Positions 21,518-31,248 of a DNA stretch of 64,000 nt are shown in pieces. The translations under genes and the position numbers were made by a program. This DNA is from Rhizophagus irregularis (taxonomy: Eukaryota): the NCBI RefSeq assembly GCF_026210795.1, contig NC_089435.1:1736001-1800000 (forward strand). Reading direction: 5' to 3'. The stretch's first letter is position 1; each line of letters starts with the position of its first letter. Under the pieces are notes generated by a model. It made no database searches and was not told where the DNA came from. It saw only the letters and a program-made list of their open reading frames with translations.

Positions 21518-23863
21518 ATGACCACTCAAGCTCAAGTTATCCCTAAGTTCGGTGAACAAAAGAAAGCCTTCAGTATCGATGAGCTTAAACGGCTTATTGT
21601 CGCTGCAAAGAGTATGAGTGACCTCGATCAAGCCAAGAGGTATCTTTGCAGTTATTTCATTCCCTGTGCAGATCCTCATGGGGTTTTCTGGTGGGACCCG
21701 GATAGTAAAAGTTTGAAACACGTTATTGACAAAAATATTGGTAAACTTATCCGTCCAATCACGAAGGCATTCTACACACAACCTGAACAAGGACCCTCTC
21801 AAAAGACCGAGTTCAACATCTACAAGTGGTTTATGGTCGAGAATACCGATGTATGTAATGCAACCTGTGATCCCCATAAACAGCGAATCTTCAGATCCTT
21901 AACTGGCCAACTCTATCTAAATATCTTCCCGGGATTCCTCCACGTCTTGCGTCCAATATCCACCTTTGAGTCTACAATCCACCTCGCGGTTAAATTTATC
22001 TTTTCTCATATTCGGGATATCTGGTGTTCAGGCGATTGGAATCTTACTGAGTATATCATTAAGTGGTTGGCCGGTGTATCTGCTGGAAGGAAGATGTACT
22101 CGATTCTTTACCTGAAATCTGGACAGGGTTGGGGCAAAGGTATTATAACAGATTTCATTCAGCGCAGCGTCCTAGGCACTCAACTCGTTTATAAGACCAG
22201 CGATCCTCGGACGATTCTTGGAAGTTTTAATGGGCAATTACAGGGTAAGGTTCTTCTTCTTCTCGAGGAAATGCCCACGGAAAAAAGCCAGTGGAATAAT
22301 CTGTATCGCTCTTTGAAGGATAAGGTAACGAGTGACATAATGGAAATCCATGAAAAATACAAGACACCAACACATTATAAAAACTTTATGTCCACTATCG
22401 TCCTAACCAACGAAAATGCTCTCAGAGTGGAGAATGACGATAGGCGCACAGTGTTCTTGGATGTGTCACCATCCCGCAAGGGAGACCTCAACTACTTCAA
22501 AAGACTCAGTGACGCTATGAAATACCCAGGCGCCAGTGAGGCGTTCTATGCTTACTTGAGAGCCATCGCAGACACTTACCCGGACTTCAATGGAAATCCA
22601 CCACCTATGACAACATCCAAACAGGAACATATCATCTCGACTCTTCCACCCCTATTTCAGTTTATAAAGGATACATACCTCGTAATGAAAAATTATATGA
22701 CCGACCTACCTATTCAAGAATTTTATAGGGTATATACTTCATACTGTGAAACTCATGGCATTACACCCTTATCAAAGATAAACGCTTCTAGAATCCTATC
22801 AAATGAGCTAAGTATAAAAAGTAAAAAAATGCGTATAGGTAAAACAACACCACAAGTTTACAGTATATCCAGGGAGGATCTATACAAGAAGTTTCTCGGC
22901 AAAAACTGGATCCACGAAACAGACGAGATAGACATAGAAGGAATTGATATAGAGACTTCTAAGAAACCCGCATCAGACCCCAAAGCCTTGGAAAAGTTCT
23001 TGGCAAATATATATAATCCAGCTAACAATCCACAAGACGTACAAGAGAAACCCACTGAGAAAAAACCCGAACCCGCTGAGGAAAAACCCACTGAGAAAAA
23101 ACCCGAACCCGCTGAGGAAAAACCCGCTGAGAAAAAACCCGAGCCAGATAACTACGACGTTTTAGATGACTTGCTATCTGACTCAGATTTTACAACTGTG
23201 AACCCAGCTCCTGAACAACAACCCGAGTCTCCCGCAGAATCTTCTGCATCTGTCACTAAGCCTGACCCAGAACCGGCTTCTGAAGAGCAATTTATCCCAG
23301 AACCCGACACAGAACCAGAAGTTGACCGGGATCCTGAACCAAAGGAAGGCACTCGAGCGCACTGGGCTTGGCAAGAAAGACACCGATGGGATCGCAAACC
23401 ATGGGTTAAAAATTTAAAGGACCAGGTCTTCAATGATCTCTACAATACAGGTAAGGAATTATGGGCCAAGTACCAAGATGCGTCAGACGAATATGACTGG
23501 GAAATACTCGCGTTTGAAATAGAGGAATGTCCCACAACGCGTATTGAGGACGAGTACCAGTACTACCTTATGGAGGTAGTAGACCGCTTCAAGGACTGGA
23601 TTGAATATAATGGATACTTACCTAAAATACCTAGCCGTAAAGAACTCGCAGATTTAATAAGAATATACAAGGAGAATCGTAATGCCGAGATTATTCCCAC
23701 CCCCTCTGGTTATGAAACTATGAGGGCAGATAAGGGTAAAGCGCGAGAGATCCCCGAGGAACGTCCAAAAACTGATATGGAACGTGAATGGGAGGCCGCC
23801 AATGGAATCATCGATGACTGGGACGAAGAGGATACTGAGGGCGCTATCAACGACATATTGTAA
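21518..23863 (+). CDS. SF3 (D5-like) helicase with winged-helix region and acidic repetitive tail
   Basis: SGQGWGKG (Walker A), LLLEE (Walker B), IVLTN (motif C), DDRR; EEKPTEKKPEPA repeats. Confidence 0.85.
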   Translation: MTTQAQVIPKFGEQKKAFSIDELKRLIVAAKSMSDLDQAKRYLCSYFIPCADPHGVFWWDPDSKSLKHVIDKNIGKLIRPITKAFYTQPEQGPSQKTEFNIYKWFMVENTDVCNATCDPHKQRIFRSLTGQLYLNIFPGFLHVLRPISTFESTIHLAVKFIFSHIRDIWCSGDWNLTEYIIKWLAGVSAGRKMYSILYLKSGQGWGKGIITDFIQRSVLGTQLVYKTSDPRTILGSFNGQLQGKVLLLLEEMPTEKSQWNNLYRSLKDKVTSDIMEIHEKYKTPTHYKNFMSTIVLTNENALRVENDDRRTVFLDVSPSRKGDLNYFKRLSDAMKYPGASEAFYAYLRAIADTYPDFNGNPPPMTTSKQEHIISTLPPLFQFIKDTYLVMKNYMTDLPIQEFYRVYTSYCETHGITPLSKINASRILSNELSIKSKKMRIGKTTPQVYSISREDLYKKFLGKNWIHETDEIDIEGIDIETSKKPASDPKALEKFLANIYNPANNPQDVQEKPTEKKPEPAEEKPTEKKPEPAEEKPAEKKPEPDNYDVLDDLLSDSDFTTVNPAPEQQPESPAESSASVTKPDPEPASEEQFIPEPDTEPEVDRDPEPKEGTRAHWAWQERHRWDRKPWVKNLKDQVFNDLYNTGKELWAKYQDASDEYDWEILAFEIEECPTTRIEDEYQYYLMEVVDRFKDWIEYNGYLPKIPSRKELADLIRIYKENRNAEIIPTPSGYETMRADKGKAREIPEERPKTDMEREWEAANGIIDDWDEEDTEGAINDIL

Positions 23864-23948
23864 GCGCTATTTGAGATTATTTCTTTTTTTTTTCGTATAT
23901 ATATAGAAAGATATTATTTATAGTTGAAGACAAATCATATACATAAAA

Positions 23949-25802
23949 ATGCAATACTCAAGAATTGCCCGCACTTTACCAACACGACCTGACATCAAGG
24001 AACTTCAGTATTCCGGTGCTCGCTTTTCCAGAGGAGCTATCGCCAGACTCGGTCAGACTCTCCAGACGCGATTTCCAGATAGAAAGTTCCAGATCCTACT
24101 TCCCTATGAAAACTGGAAACCCGGTGGATGGACATCAGGAAACCAACCAGCCAGCCTCTTTTCACTATTAGACCATTATGATGAAGCACAACTACCGGAT
24201 GACGCAGACCCTGATTATTTTGAACGATTCATAATTTATGCAAGAGATAGTCCACCGGCCGCAGGAGGATGCAATGGGGAGCTAAATGATTGCCTGTATG
24301 AATGCCTAAAAAATATTTACGGCACATTCTCTAAAATGCCAAAGTCAATCGAAAAGCCCGAGTATATCAAAAAGGCATTAGGTCTCAATCGCGATGCTCC
24401 CATCCCAGTTTCATGCATGGACAAGGTTGAACAACTCGCAGGAAGTCTCGCAATTAATATTGTGGGGGACATTACCCGAATCTCTAAGAGTAAGTCCGAT
24501 AGACGTGCGACTCTCATCCTATCAGAAGGCCATTACTCCCTCACGTTAAATCCTGGAAGACTCCACCCCAGTAAAATAGATAAAAAGCGTAATTTACCCA
24601 TTGTATACCATGAAGATGGGACCAATAATGTAGTCACAATATACAACGGCAAAACAGTTAAGTCTTGCACAATTGCGCAGTTTCAAAAAACTAAGAATTC
24701 CAAAAGTTCTTTCATCCCCGTCGAGAAAAACCGTAAGACTGGAGTATATGAAACTCTTGAAGAAGCATATCAGAGAATCCACGAGGAGCGGAATTCCTTT
24801 CTACAGGAGACAAAGAAGTTCGGTTTAGGAATCGACTTATCATACCATAACTGGTCTTACAAAAGAACGGCTCTCTGGTTATTCGAACGATTAAGTGTAG
24901 GAATTCCAGCCAATGATCCTCTTGACCCGATAGAAGCGGAGTGGTTAAGTGATGCAATGATGGGAGGATTAATCTGGGCAGATAACGAGTGGAAAGGCTA
25001 TGGAAGACAGTATGACGCAACAAGTTTATACCCGAGTATCCAACAATCAAACGTGAACTTTCCAATCAGACGGGGTAAATTCCAGACACTTAATGACTTT
25101 GTCGACCACAGGGGTTATGCCTTGTATGGATTATTCCGTGCCAAAATAAGTGGGAATAATATTCTCTTCCGACAGAATAAAAGGGGAATCTATACATTCA
25201 TCGACTTACAACGAGCAAAAAAACTTGGTCTCAATATACAGTTAATACAGGATGGGAAGCCAAATGCATTGATATATGATAGAGAAGCGAGAATCCCTGG
25301 AACTGTAATATTCGGTGAGTATGTACACTTCCTCTTCAAAATTAAAAACCAGGGTGGCATAGCTGGCCGCGTGGCAAAGCGAGTCCTCAACACATTATGG
25401 GGAGCATTATGCCAGAGGAAGCGTAATTACAAGACACTCACCACAGATCAAACAGACCCATTTACATTTCCAGAGGGCCATACACTCGACTCTATCATAC
25501 CAGTAGGATCTGACCAGTGGCGATTCCAGTTTACAAACCCGGGTAATCCCTTCAAAGGTGAGTATCCCAGGATCGCCCCATTCTTATTAGCACGTGGTCG
25601 CAAAATCACATCTGAGGCAATTCAACCATACAAGGATAAAGTACGACGTATCCATACAGACGGATTTATTTTAGAAGAACAGCCAGATAGCCCCGCGCTT
25701 TTCACTTGTTCAGAGAATGCAGATACGACTCTAAAGACTTTCAAGTTTGAAACCGCGGGATACTGCCATGTGAAAAATGCGAACAAGGTTATCTGGACAT
25801 GA
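23949..25802 (+). CDS. polB: Compact protein-primed-type family B DNA polymerase with putative OTU-like N-terminal domain
   Basis: GG, YDATSLYPS, KRVLNTLWG, IHTDG; NDCLYECL...GHY upstream. Confidence 0.85.
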   Translation: MQYSRIARTLPTRPDIKELQYSGARFSRGAIARLGQTLQTRFPDRKFQILLPYENWKPGGWTSGNQPASLFSLLDHYDEAQLPDDADPDYFERFIIYARDSPPAAGGCNGELNDCLYECLKNIYGTFSKMPKSIEKPEYIKKALGLNRDAPIPVSCMDKVEQLAGSLAINIVGDITRISKSKSDRRATLILSEGHYSLTLNPGRLHPSKIDKKRNLPIVYHEDGTNNVVTIYNGKTVKSCTIAQFQKTKNSKSSFIPVEKNRKTGVYETLEEAYQRIHEERNSFLQETKKFGLGIDLSYHNWSYKRTALWLFERLSVGIPANDPLDPIEAEWLSDAMMGGLIWADNEWKGYGRQYDATSLYPSIQQSNVNFPIRRGKFQTLNDFVDHRGYALYGLFRAKISGNNILFRQNKRGIYTFIDLQRAKKLGLNIQLIQDGKPNALIYDREARIPGTVIFGEYVHFLFKIKNQGGIAGRVAKRVLNTLWGALCQRKRNYKTLTTDQTDPFTFPEGHTLDSIIPVGSDQWRFQFTNPGNPFKGEYPRIAPFLLARGRKITSEAIQPYKDKVRRIHTDGFILEEQPDSPALFTCSENADTTLKTFKFETAGYCHVKNANKVIWT

Positions 25803-25865
25803 TTGCTAGGGACCGGTATGTATATTTTTTACTGACATATCGTGATGGCATAATTGAATAAACCT

Positions 25866-26390
25866 ATGGGATATGTAATCTTACGAGATACCCAAATGCA
25901 AAACACCGACGGATTAGGTAGACAAGACGACGAAAGTTTCCACGTGTGGGCTAAGCGCATTCAGAATGCTGTGCAATATTATGAGACTTGTAGTAGAATA
26001 GGTTTTCATAGGCGGCTACCTTATCCAAGGTCTCGTCAAGCTGTATATGCTTATATTGTGCACATTAGGAGAATAGTATCACGACTACCAAATAGGTGGT
26101 ACTGTACCTACTGTAAATCTTTTATTGATCGCGGATGGGGAGCTGACGCTTTCATGGATCAAGCGGTGCGACTACATTTATATAGTTGCCCAAAGCATTT
26201 TAATTTCGACTATTATACTCATCATGCTGAAATGATCCAGAATGCCTTTAGGAGATATATAGAAAGAAGGAACAATAAAGCGGCTAGGATAATCCAGAAA
26301 GTCGCTATCCCCTGGTTATATAGACCAGGCTCTCCATTGATGCAAAAGGCCGAGCGACGCTTCTACTGTCTTGCAGTATCCCAAGTGTAA
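25866..26390 (+). CDS. Hypothetical protein with Zn-finger-like and IQ-like motifs (start uncertain)
   Basis: CTYC..HLYSC; IQNAFRRY and ARIIQK..W. Confidence 0.65.
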   Translation: MGYVILRDTQMQNTDGLGRQDDESFHVWAKRIQNAVQYYETCSRIGFHRRLPYPRSRQAVYAYIVHIRRIVSRLPNRWYCTYCKSFIDRGWGADAFMDQAVRLHLYSCPKHFNFDYYTHHAEMIQNAFRRYIERRNNKAARIIQKVAIPWLYRPGSPLMQKAERRFYCLAVSQV

Positions 26391-26472
26391 ACCCCGAGGT
26401 TCATATTTATTTTTTCTCATTCGAATGAACAGGTAACTGAAGATTTATATTTTTTACAAAGTACAAAGAATC

Positions 26473-26943
26473 ATGTCAACATATACCGAATTCGCAAGCA
26501 TTGTTAACAGCACTGACAGCACTAGTGAGGAGGTTATTTACGAGGCATCGCGCATTCAGCCTAATGTTGTCTCTGACGAAACTGTCCCCAAGATTATCCG
26601 CGCATTAAAAGATACTATAGTAATCGCATTAGTATCTGGGTTTAGCAAAACCAGTTACCTCGTCCAGGACCACGTGAAGTATATCAAGCGAATCCAAACG
26701 GCAAATTCTCCTGTATCATATGTGAAGTTCGTGGCCAGAAAACTCTTCCCAGATAATGCGGCATATACTGCTAAAATAGCAAAAATCCGCGAATCATACA
26801 AGAATAAACAAGCTCTCCTAGATAAGCTTGAGGCCCTCTTCGAATTGTATTATAATGCGACTAAGGACTCATCAACCGGTCCCCCAAAGCGAGCTATTAC
26901 TAAAAACGAGGCTGAGAAAACCTTAACAGAACTTCTTGCATAA
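26473..26943 (+). CDS. Uncharacterised helical protein, homologous to element A ORF 16896-17273
   Basis: 156-aa ORF with upstream AACTGAAGAT motif; similar to the element A protein. Confidence 0.8.
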   Translation: MSTYTEFASIVNSTDSTSEEVIYEASRIQPNVVSDETVPKIIRALKDTIVIALVSGFSKTSYLVQDHVKYIKRIQTANSPVSYVKFVARKLFPDNAAYTAKIAKIRESYKNKQALLDKLEALFELYYNATKDSSTGPPKRAITKNEAEKTLTELLA

Positions 26944-27052
26944 GCGGCTCCTGTGGTCCTACGATTCTGTACGAATTTAGTCTATATTTTTTATCCATGT
27001 GTAATAGGCATACAGTAATTGAAGATAGCTATAGTATAAGTAACATAACATC

Positions 27053-27457
27053 ATGTTGGACCGATTACCAGTAGAAATAGTCGAACGCATTGTCGCAAAG
27101 ATCCCGGATACTGACCTTATTGCAGCGAGTAAGGTAGATAGAGTGTGGTGGCAGGAAGTTCGTCGAGAGGCATATAAGAGGTGGAAAAATTATGCCACTA
27201 CGATCGGGGATGTGTACTGTGAAATCCGAGCTCTCGGAAAGCATTATATAAAGAGGGAAATTGACTGGATAACGTTTGAAGATGTAAACGACTTCTATAA
27301 AAGATGGATAGACCGCCTCACCGAGGATCAGCTTTATATTATGGAGAAAATGCTTAGGAATGGGATGGTCGTGGACCCCCAAGAGAGGGAAACCATAGAG
27401 CATGCATTAAGTGAACAAAGATGGGGAGGCGATCCTTGGAGACTGGGAGTGGTATGA
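27053..27457 (+). CDS. F-box protein
   Basis: N-terminal LDRLPVEIVERIV...L...SKVDRVW matches the F-box consensus. Confidence 0.8.
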   Translation: MLDRLPVEIVERIVAKIPDTDLIAASKVDRVWWQEVRREAYKRWKNYATTIGDVYCEIRALGKHYIKREIDWITFEDVNDFYKRWIDRLTEDQLYIMEKMLRNGMVVDPQERETIEHALSEQRWGGDPWRLGVV

Positions 27458-27796
27458 ATGGACTCAACAGGAGTAAGCATTTTGTACTTGACTTTCGTAG
27501 GAATTACCCTGCAGAGTCATATTTTTTAGATCCGGCCGGCATTACCGCGTAATCCCGAATTACCGAAAAAGGAAATTTATGTTACACAAGATTCCAAACG
27601 CATTTTTACCAAAATCGATTTTTTGTGGAACGGGTATCGCCCAAAAAGGAAATGATCTACGTACCACATGAAGTCACGTGACACTCTACACATTTGTTCA
27701 GGGTATCACGTGACATGAACTCCGTTCACATTTTCTGTAATATAATCCATAGTTTTTTCATGAATGCTTTTTAGGCCAATAATCCAATAACTTATT

Positions 27797-27946
27797 CATC
27801 AGGTATCCTCGTGTTTTGCGACAAGGACTGATGACCATGTAACCTCATCATCAGGCATCCTCACATTTTTTGACAAGGACTGATGACCATGTAACCTCAT
27901 CATCAGGCATCCTCGCATTTTTTGACAAGGACTGATGACGATGTCA
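27797..27946. repeat. 52-bp tandem repeat x~3 with internal dyad symmetry
   Basis: Units start at 27797, 27849 and 27901; CATCAG..TCCT pairs with AGGA.CTGATG. Confidence 0.92.
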
Positions 27947-28005
27947 CTTGGTTATTGTAAATTGAAGATAACAATTAGGTATGTAGACACGTACAGAAAA
28001 AAGAC

Positions 28006-28590
28006 ATGTCATACCCTTATATAACTAATCCTATAACCGGACGTCCAATCCGTGTTGGTGGAGATACCTTTAATCGAATAGTTATGGAATCCCATGATTA
28101 TATCGATGGAAGGCTTGTCCGTAGACAAACCGTACCGCCTCCACCCCAGGAACAACCTGTATATTTAAATACAGATACAGGACGCTATATTCAACACGGT
28201 ACTAGAACGTATCATAGACTGGTTGAGAGTGACTACGAGGTAGTTGAGGACTACTACCTTGTTCATTCTGAAGAGGAGGAGCTTATAGAGGAAATCATCA
28301 ATGAAACACGCTATAATGAGGAAAATCTTGATGGCCAGCGGTTAACTTTCAATAATGTACAACAAATCAGAGCCGCTATTCAAGCTGACCAAGATGAATA
28401 TGATGATTTTATCTTACAGCAGAATACGACTAACGGGACACCTTCCTCCGGTCCTTCCGGTCGTCCACGAACTTTGGAGGACCATGCCCCGAGACTTGCA
28501 GAGCTTAATATTGAGTTGTGTAGGGAATGTCTCATGCCTGTAAGCCCAAGTGACTTAACGGACAAGTTGTGCAAGGACTGCGCTTCCTAA
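28006..28590 (+). CDS. Hypothetical protein with duplicated N(P)xTGRxI motif and C-terminal Zn ribbon
   Basis: NPITGRPIRVGG and NTDTGRYIQHG; CREC...CKDC. Confidence 0.75.
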   Translation: MSYPYITNPITGRPIRVGGDTFNRIVMESHDYIDGRLVRRQTVPPPPQEQPVYLNTDTGRYIQHGTRTYHRLVESDYEVVEDYYLVHSEEEELIEEIINETRYNEENLDGQRLTFNNVQQIRAAIQADQDEYDDFILQQNTTNGTPSSGPSGRPRTLEDHAPRLAELNIELCRECLMPVSPSDLTDKLCKDCAS

Positions 28591-28750
28591 TGGTCAGTCC
28601 TCCGGTCCTCTGGTCTTCCGGTCTTTCCAACGGTTGATCCCTTAATGCCAGTTATTTTTTTTTATACAAATGACAGGTATTTAAAGATAACAATATATAA
28701 AAAAGATTGTGAAGGATACTAAGTGAGCGAATAATCAAAGAAAGATAGCC

Positions 28751-29302
28751 ATGTCAACATCAATCGTAATAAACCAGTGTCAGAACTGTGGAGTATTCTC
28801 TGCAAAAGCGGCATATAGAGGATTATCCAGCGTGTTGTATAGACAGATTATAAAGAAGATTGGTGACGAGAGTGAACCTTTACAAGCCTTGGGACTTGCC
28901 AGGGATAAGTTGGTCCAGATTATCCGTCGGGCAAGTAATGCGGATTTTACACAATTATTCACACAAAGACTAGATATGAAAATTATGGACGGAGATTCAT
29001 ACGAGGATACTAGGAAGTGGCTTCTTGAACAGCTTATAGCCATTGGATGTGACAGTGGGGAAATTGCCTTATATCAGTTCTTACGGAATACATACCCGGA
29101 TGGTATTGACGAACCCTTTACTACATTCTATGAGAACTATGTAAATCATGTAAGAAATCCGATGACTAAGAACTTTGCTTCTCGAGCCTTAGGAGCTATT
29201 GGATTAAAAGCTAGGATGCTACGGATTGACTTCGAAGGACGTAAAAAAAGCGCCATGATTCTTAGGGCTTCTGCGGAAGAACTTCGCGAGATGGGTTGCT
29301 AA
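28751..29302 (+). CDS. Protein resembling the helicase C-terminal winged-helix region
   Basis: LYQFLRNTY..FYENY..PMTKNFASRAL versus helicase LFQFIKDTY..FYRVY..PLSKINASRIL. Confidence 0.75.
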   Translation: MSTSIVINQCQNCGVFSAKAAYRGLSSVLYRQIIKKIGDESEPLQALGLARDKLVQIIRRASNADFTQLFTQRLDMKIMDGDSYEDTRKWLLEQLIAIGCDSGEIALYQFLRNTYPDGIDEPFTTFYENYVNHVRNPMTKNFASRALGAIGLKARMLRIDFEGRKKSAMILRASAEELREMGC

Positions 29303-29315
29303 AGCAACCAGATTC

Positions 29316-30506
29316 TTACAAAATACTATTGATCCCTACTCGTAATGCTCGACGGTCCATATGACCCTTAGAAAAGATCTGTAAAAGGACCCCGATGCCT
29401 TCTATTAATTTTTTATTATCCAAAGGGTGACTAGACTTCAGGACTTCATATCGGGAGAATAACTCCTTTACGGTCTCAGATTTTGGAATTTCAGTCTTTG
29501 CGGTCCTATCCCGTACTTTTGCTAAGAATTTTTGGAAGTCCGATCCCAGGGTTTTACCAGATAGTCCGTAGGCTTCCCGAAAGACGTACTTAATCCAGGT
29601 ATCTGCGTTCTTAGCTATAATACCAGATACGAGGAGGTGTTTTCTCTCTTTAGGCGATGGATATTCCCGAGCAAACTCAATTAGCTGGGAGGACTTTTTT
29701 GCTTCAGCTACAGCTTTCTGGCCATAAGGACTAAACTTTGATCGAACTGGGTTCAAACTCGGATCGAACGGGGATTGAACTGAGTTCGAACTAGGATCGA
29801 ACTGAGATTGATCAGTGATCGAACTGAGACTAGTATCCCATCTAACCCGAATGGATAACGGATCGCTCTTGGATCTTCTAAGATCAAATACTATAAATTC
29901 GCGTTGCAGAGTAAGGTCATCGATTACTGGAGCTAGTGACTCCGATTCTTCTGTATACTGGCGGATGATCCTCTTAGTATCAGTCAAACTTCCGTGACCT
30001 CCATGTAGGGAAATATAATTCACATTTTCACGAATAGCCTTGGGAATGGTAAAGAATCTTTGGGCCACATAAATACATGAAATATTTTTGTGTTGTCCGT
30101 GTGTAAAAAATCCAGTGATGAGATCCTGGGTTTTTTTAGGCGCATCCATCAAATCCTCGAAGATTACCACAGTAGCCTGGGTGGAGTTGAAGTCCTTAAC
30201 ATTTGGAATCTCACTATGGGATACTGCGGTAAACGGAATTTCTTCTTCTTTGAAAAAATCACGTACGATTGCCCACTTCGGTTCATCGAGGTATCTGCCA
30301 ACTAGAATTACCGCATCACATAATATGTACCTTTCGCCATCCTCCTTTGCCTTCTTGTCTCCCATTAACAAATTAATGATCATAGTTGTCTTACCCGAGT
30401 CAGAACTTCCTGCTACGGCAAGACAGAAAGGCCATGATGGGGCAAACTCATTACCCTGTCTCGAGTCGGTCGTGTACTCGTCCAAATTGTATACATAAAG
30501 ATCCAT
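29316..30506 (-). CDS. A32-like (FtsK-HerA) DNA-packaging ATPase
   Basis: VAGSSDSGKTT, VVIFEDL, THGQHKNISCIYVAQ..IPKAIREN (canonical GRHxxIS...Q...P..IR.N). Confidence 0.88.
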   Translation of the reverse strand: MDLYVYNLDEYTTDSRQGNEFAPSWPFCLAVAGSSDSGKTTMIINLLMGDKKAKEDGERYILCDAVILVGRYLDEPKWAIVRDFFKEEEIPFTAVSHSEIPNVKDFNSTQATVVIFEDLMDAPKKTQDLITGFFTHGQHKNISCIYVAQRFFTIPKAIRENVNYISLHGGHGSLTDTKRIIRQYTEESESLAPVIDDLTLQREFIVFDLRRSKSDPLSIRVRWDTSLSSITDQSQFDPSSNSVQSPFDPSLNPVRSKFSPYGQKAVAEAKKSSQLIEFAREYPSPKERKHLLVSGIIAKNADTWIKYVFREAYGLSGKTLGSDFQKFLAKVRDRTAKTEIPKSETVKELFSRYEVLKSSHPLDNKKLIEGIGVLLQIFSKGHMDRRALRVGINSIL

Positions 30507-30534
30507 TTGAATTTTATTCTAATTTAGTTTAAAT

Positions 30535-31248
30535 ATGATGTCGACATCGACACCAATTGCAATTTATACTCCTTCAGAGCCTACTGGACCGCCTCCTAGG
30601 GATTTGCGTGATATGAATAATATACCATTAGTTGCGGTAATTAAGGATCTAACAGATTTTTTAACTGTCAGTGATCGCATGGTTGTTAATCGAGATGTAC
30701 AAAATGCAAACCATCGTCTTAAACATGCTCTTAATTTATTAATTCATCGCTGTAGAGAAACATACGAAGAACGTGATATATTAAAAGCGGAACGCGATCG
30801 ATCTCGAAAAGAACGCGATGAATTACAAGACGAACTCGAGGTTCAAACAGGTTTGTTAGGTCTTACACAAGATGAGCTAAATAACGTACAAGATACTATT
30901 ACTAGTTTAGAAGCTAATTTGGCTGAATTGGAACGGGAGTTTGGTGGTATGCGGACGACTAATCGTCGTCTTCAGCAGCAATATAATCTTATGAGAGGAG
31001 AACGTAATAGAGCTATAGGTGAACGTAATAGAGCTATAGGCGAGCGTGATGTGGCACGAAATCGGCTTGTATATGCCAATAATCGGGTTCTTTTTGGAAT
31101 TCGGACATTGGGACGTCTTAGGAATCGACTTTTCCAACAAATAGCCGCTCTGCGTATCCAAGTACAATGGTTTCGGATTAGACAATTGAACCCTCCTCCA
31201 CATCCTCTCAACCATCCACAAAATACGATATGGCTGCCGTTGGTATAG
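30535..31248 (+). CDS. Coiled-coil protein, probable N-terminal part of element B Gag
   Basis: Heptad-rich with GERNRAI repeats; overlaps the gag start; the equivalent region is fused to Gag in element A. Confidence 0.75.
   Translation: MMSTSTPIAIYTPSEPTGPPPRDLRDMNNIPLVAVIKDLTDFLTVSDRMVVNRDVQNANHRLKHALNLLIHRCRETYEERDILKAERDRSRKERDELQDELEVQTGLLGLTQDELNNVQDTITSLEANLAELEREFGGMRTTNRRLQQQYNLMRGERNRAIGERNRAIGERDVARNRLVYANNRVLFGIRTLGRLRNRLFQQIAALRIQVQWFRIRQLNPPPHPLNHPQNTIWLPLV

Noticed and set aside
27797..27946. CTGATGA on both strands suggesting hammerhead ribozymes, or a CRISPR-like array
   Set aside because: No GAAA core or three-stem layout; the units are contiguous repeats without unique spacers.
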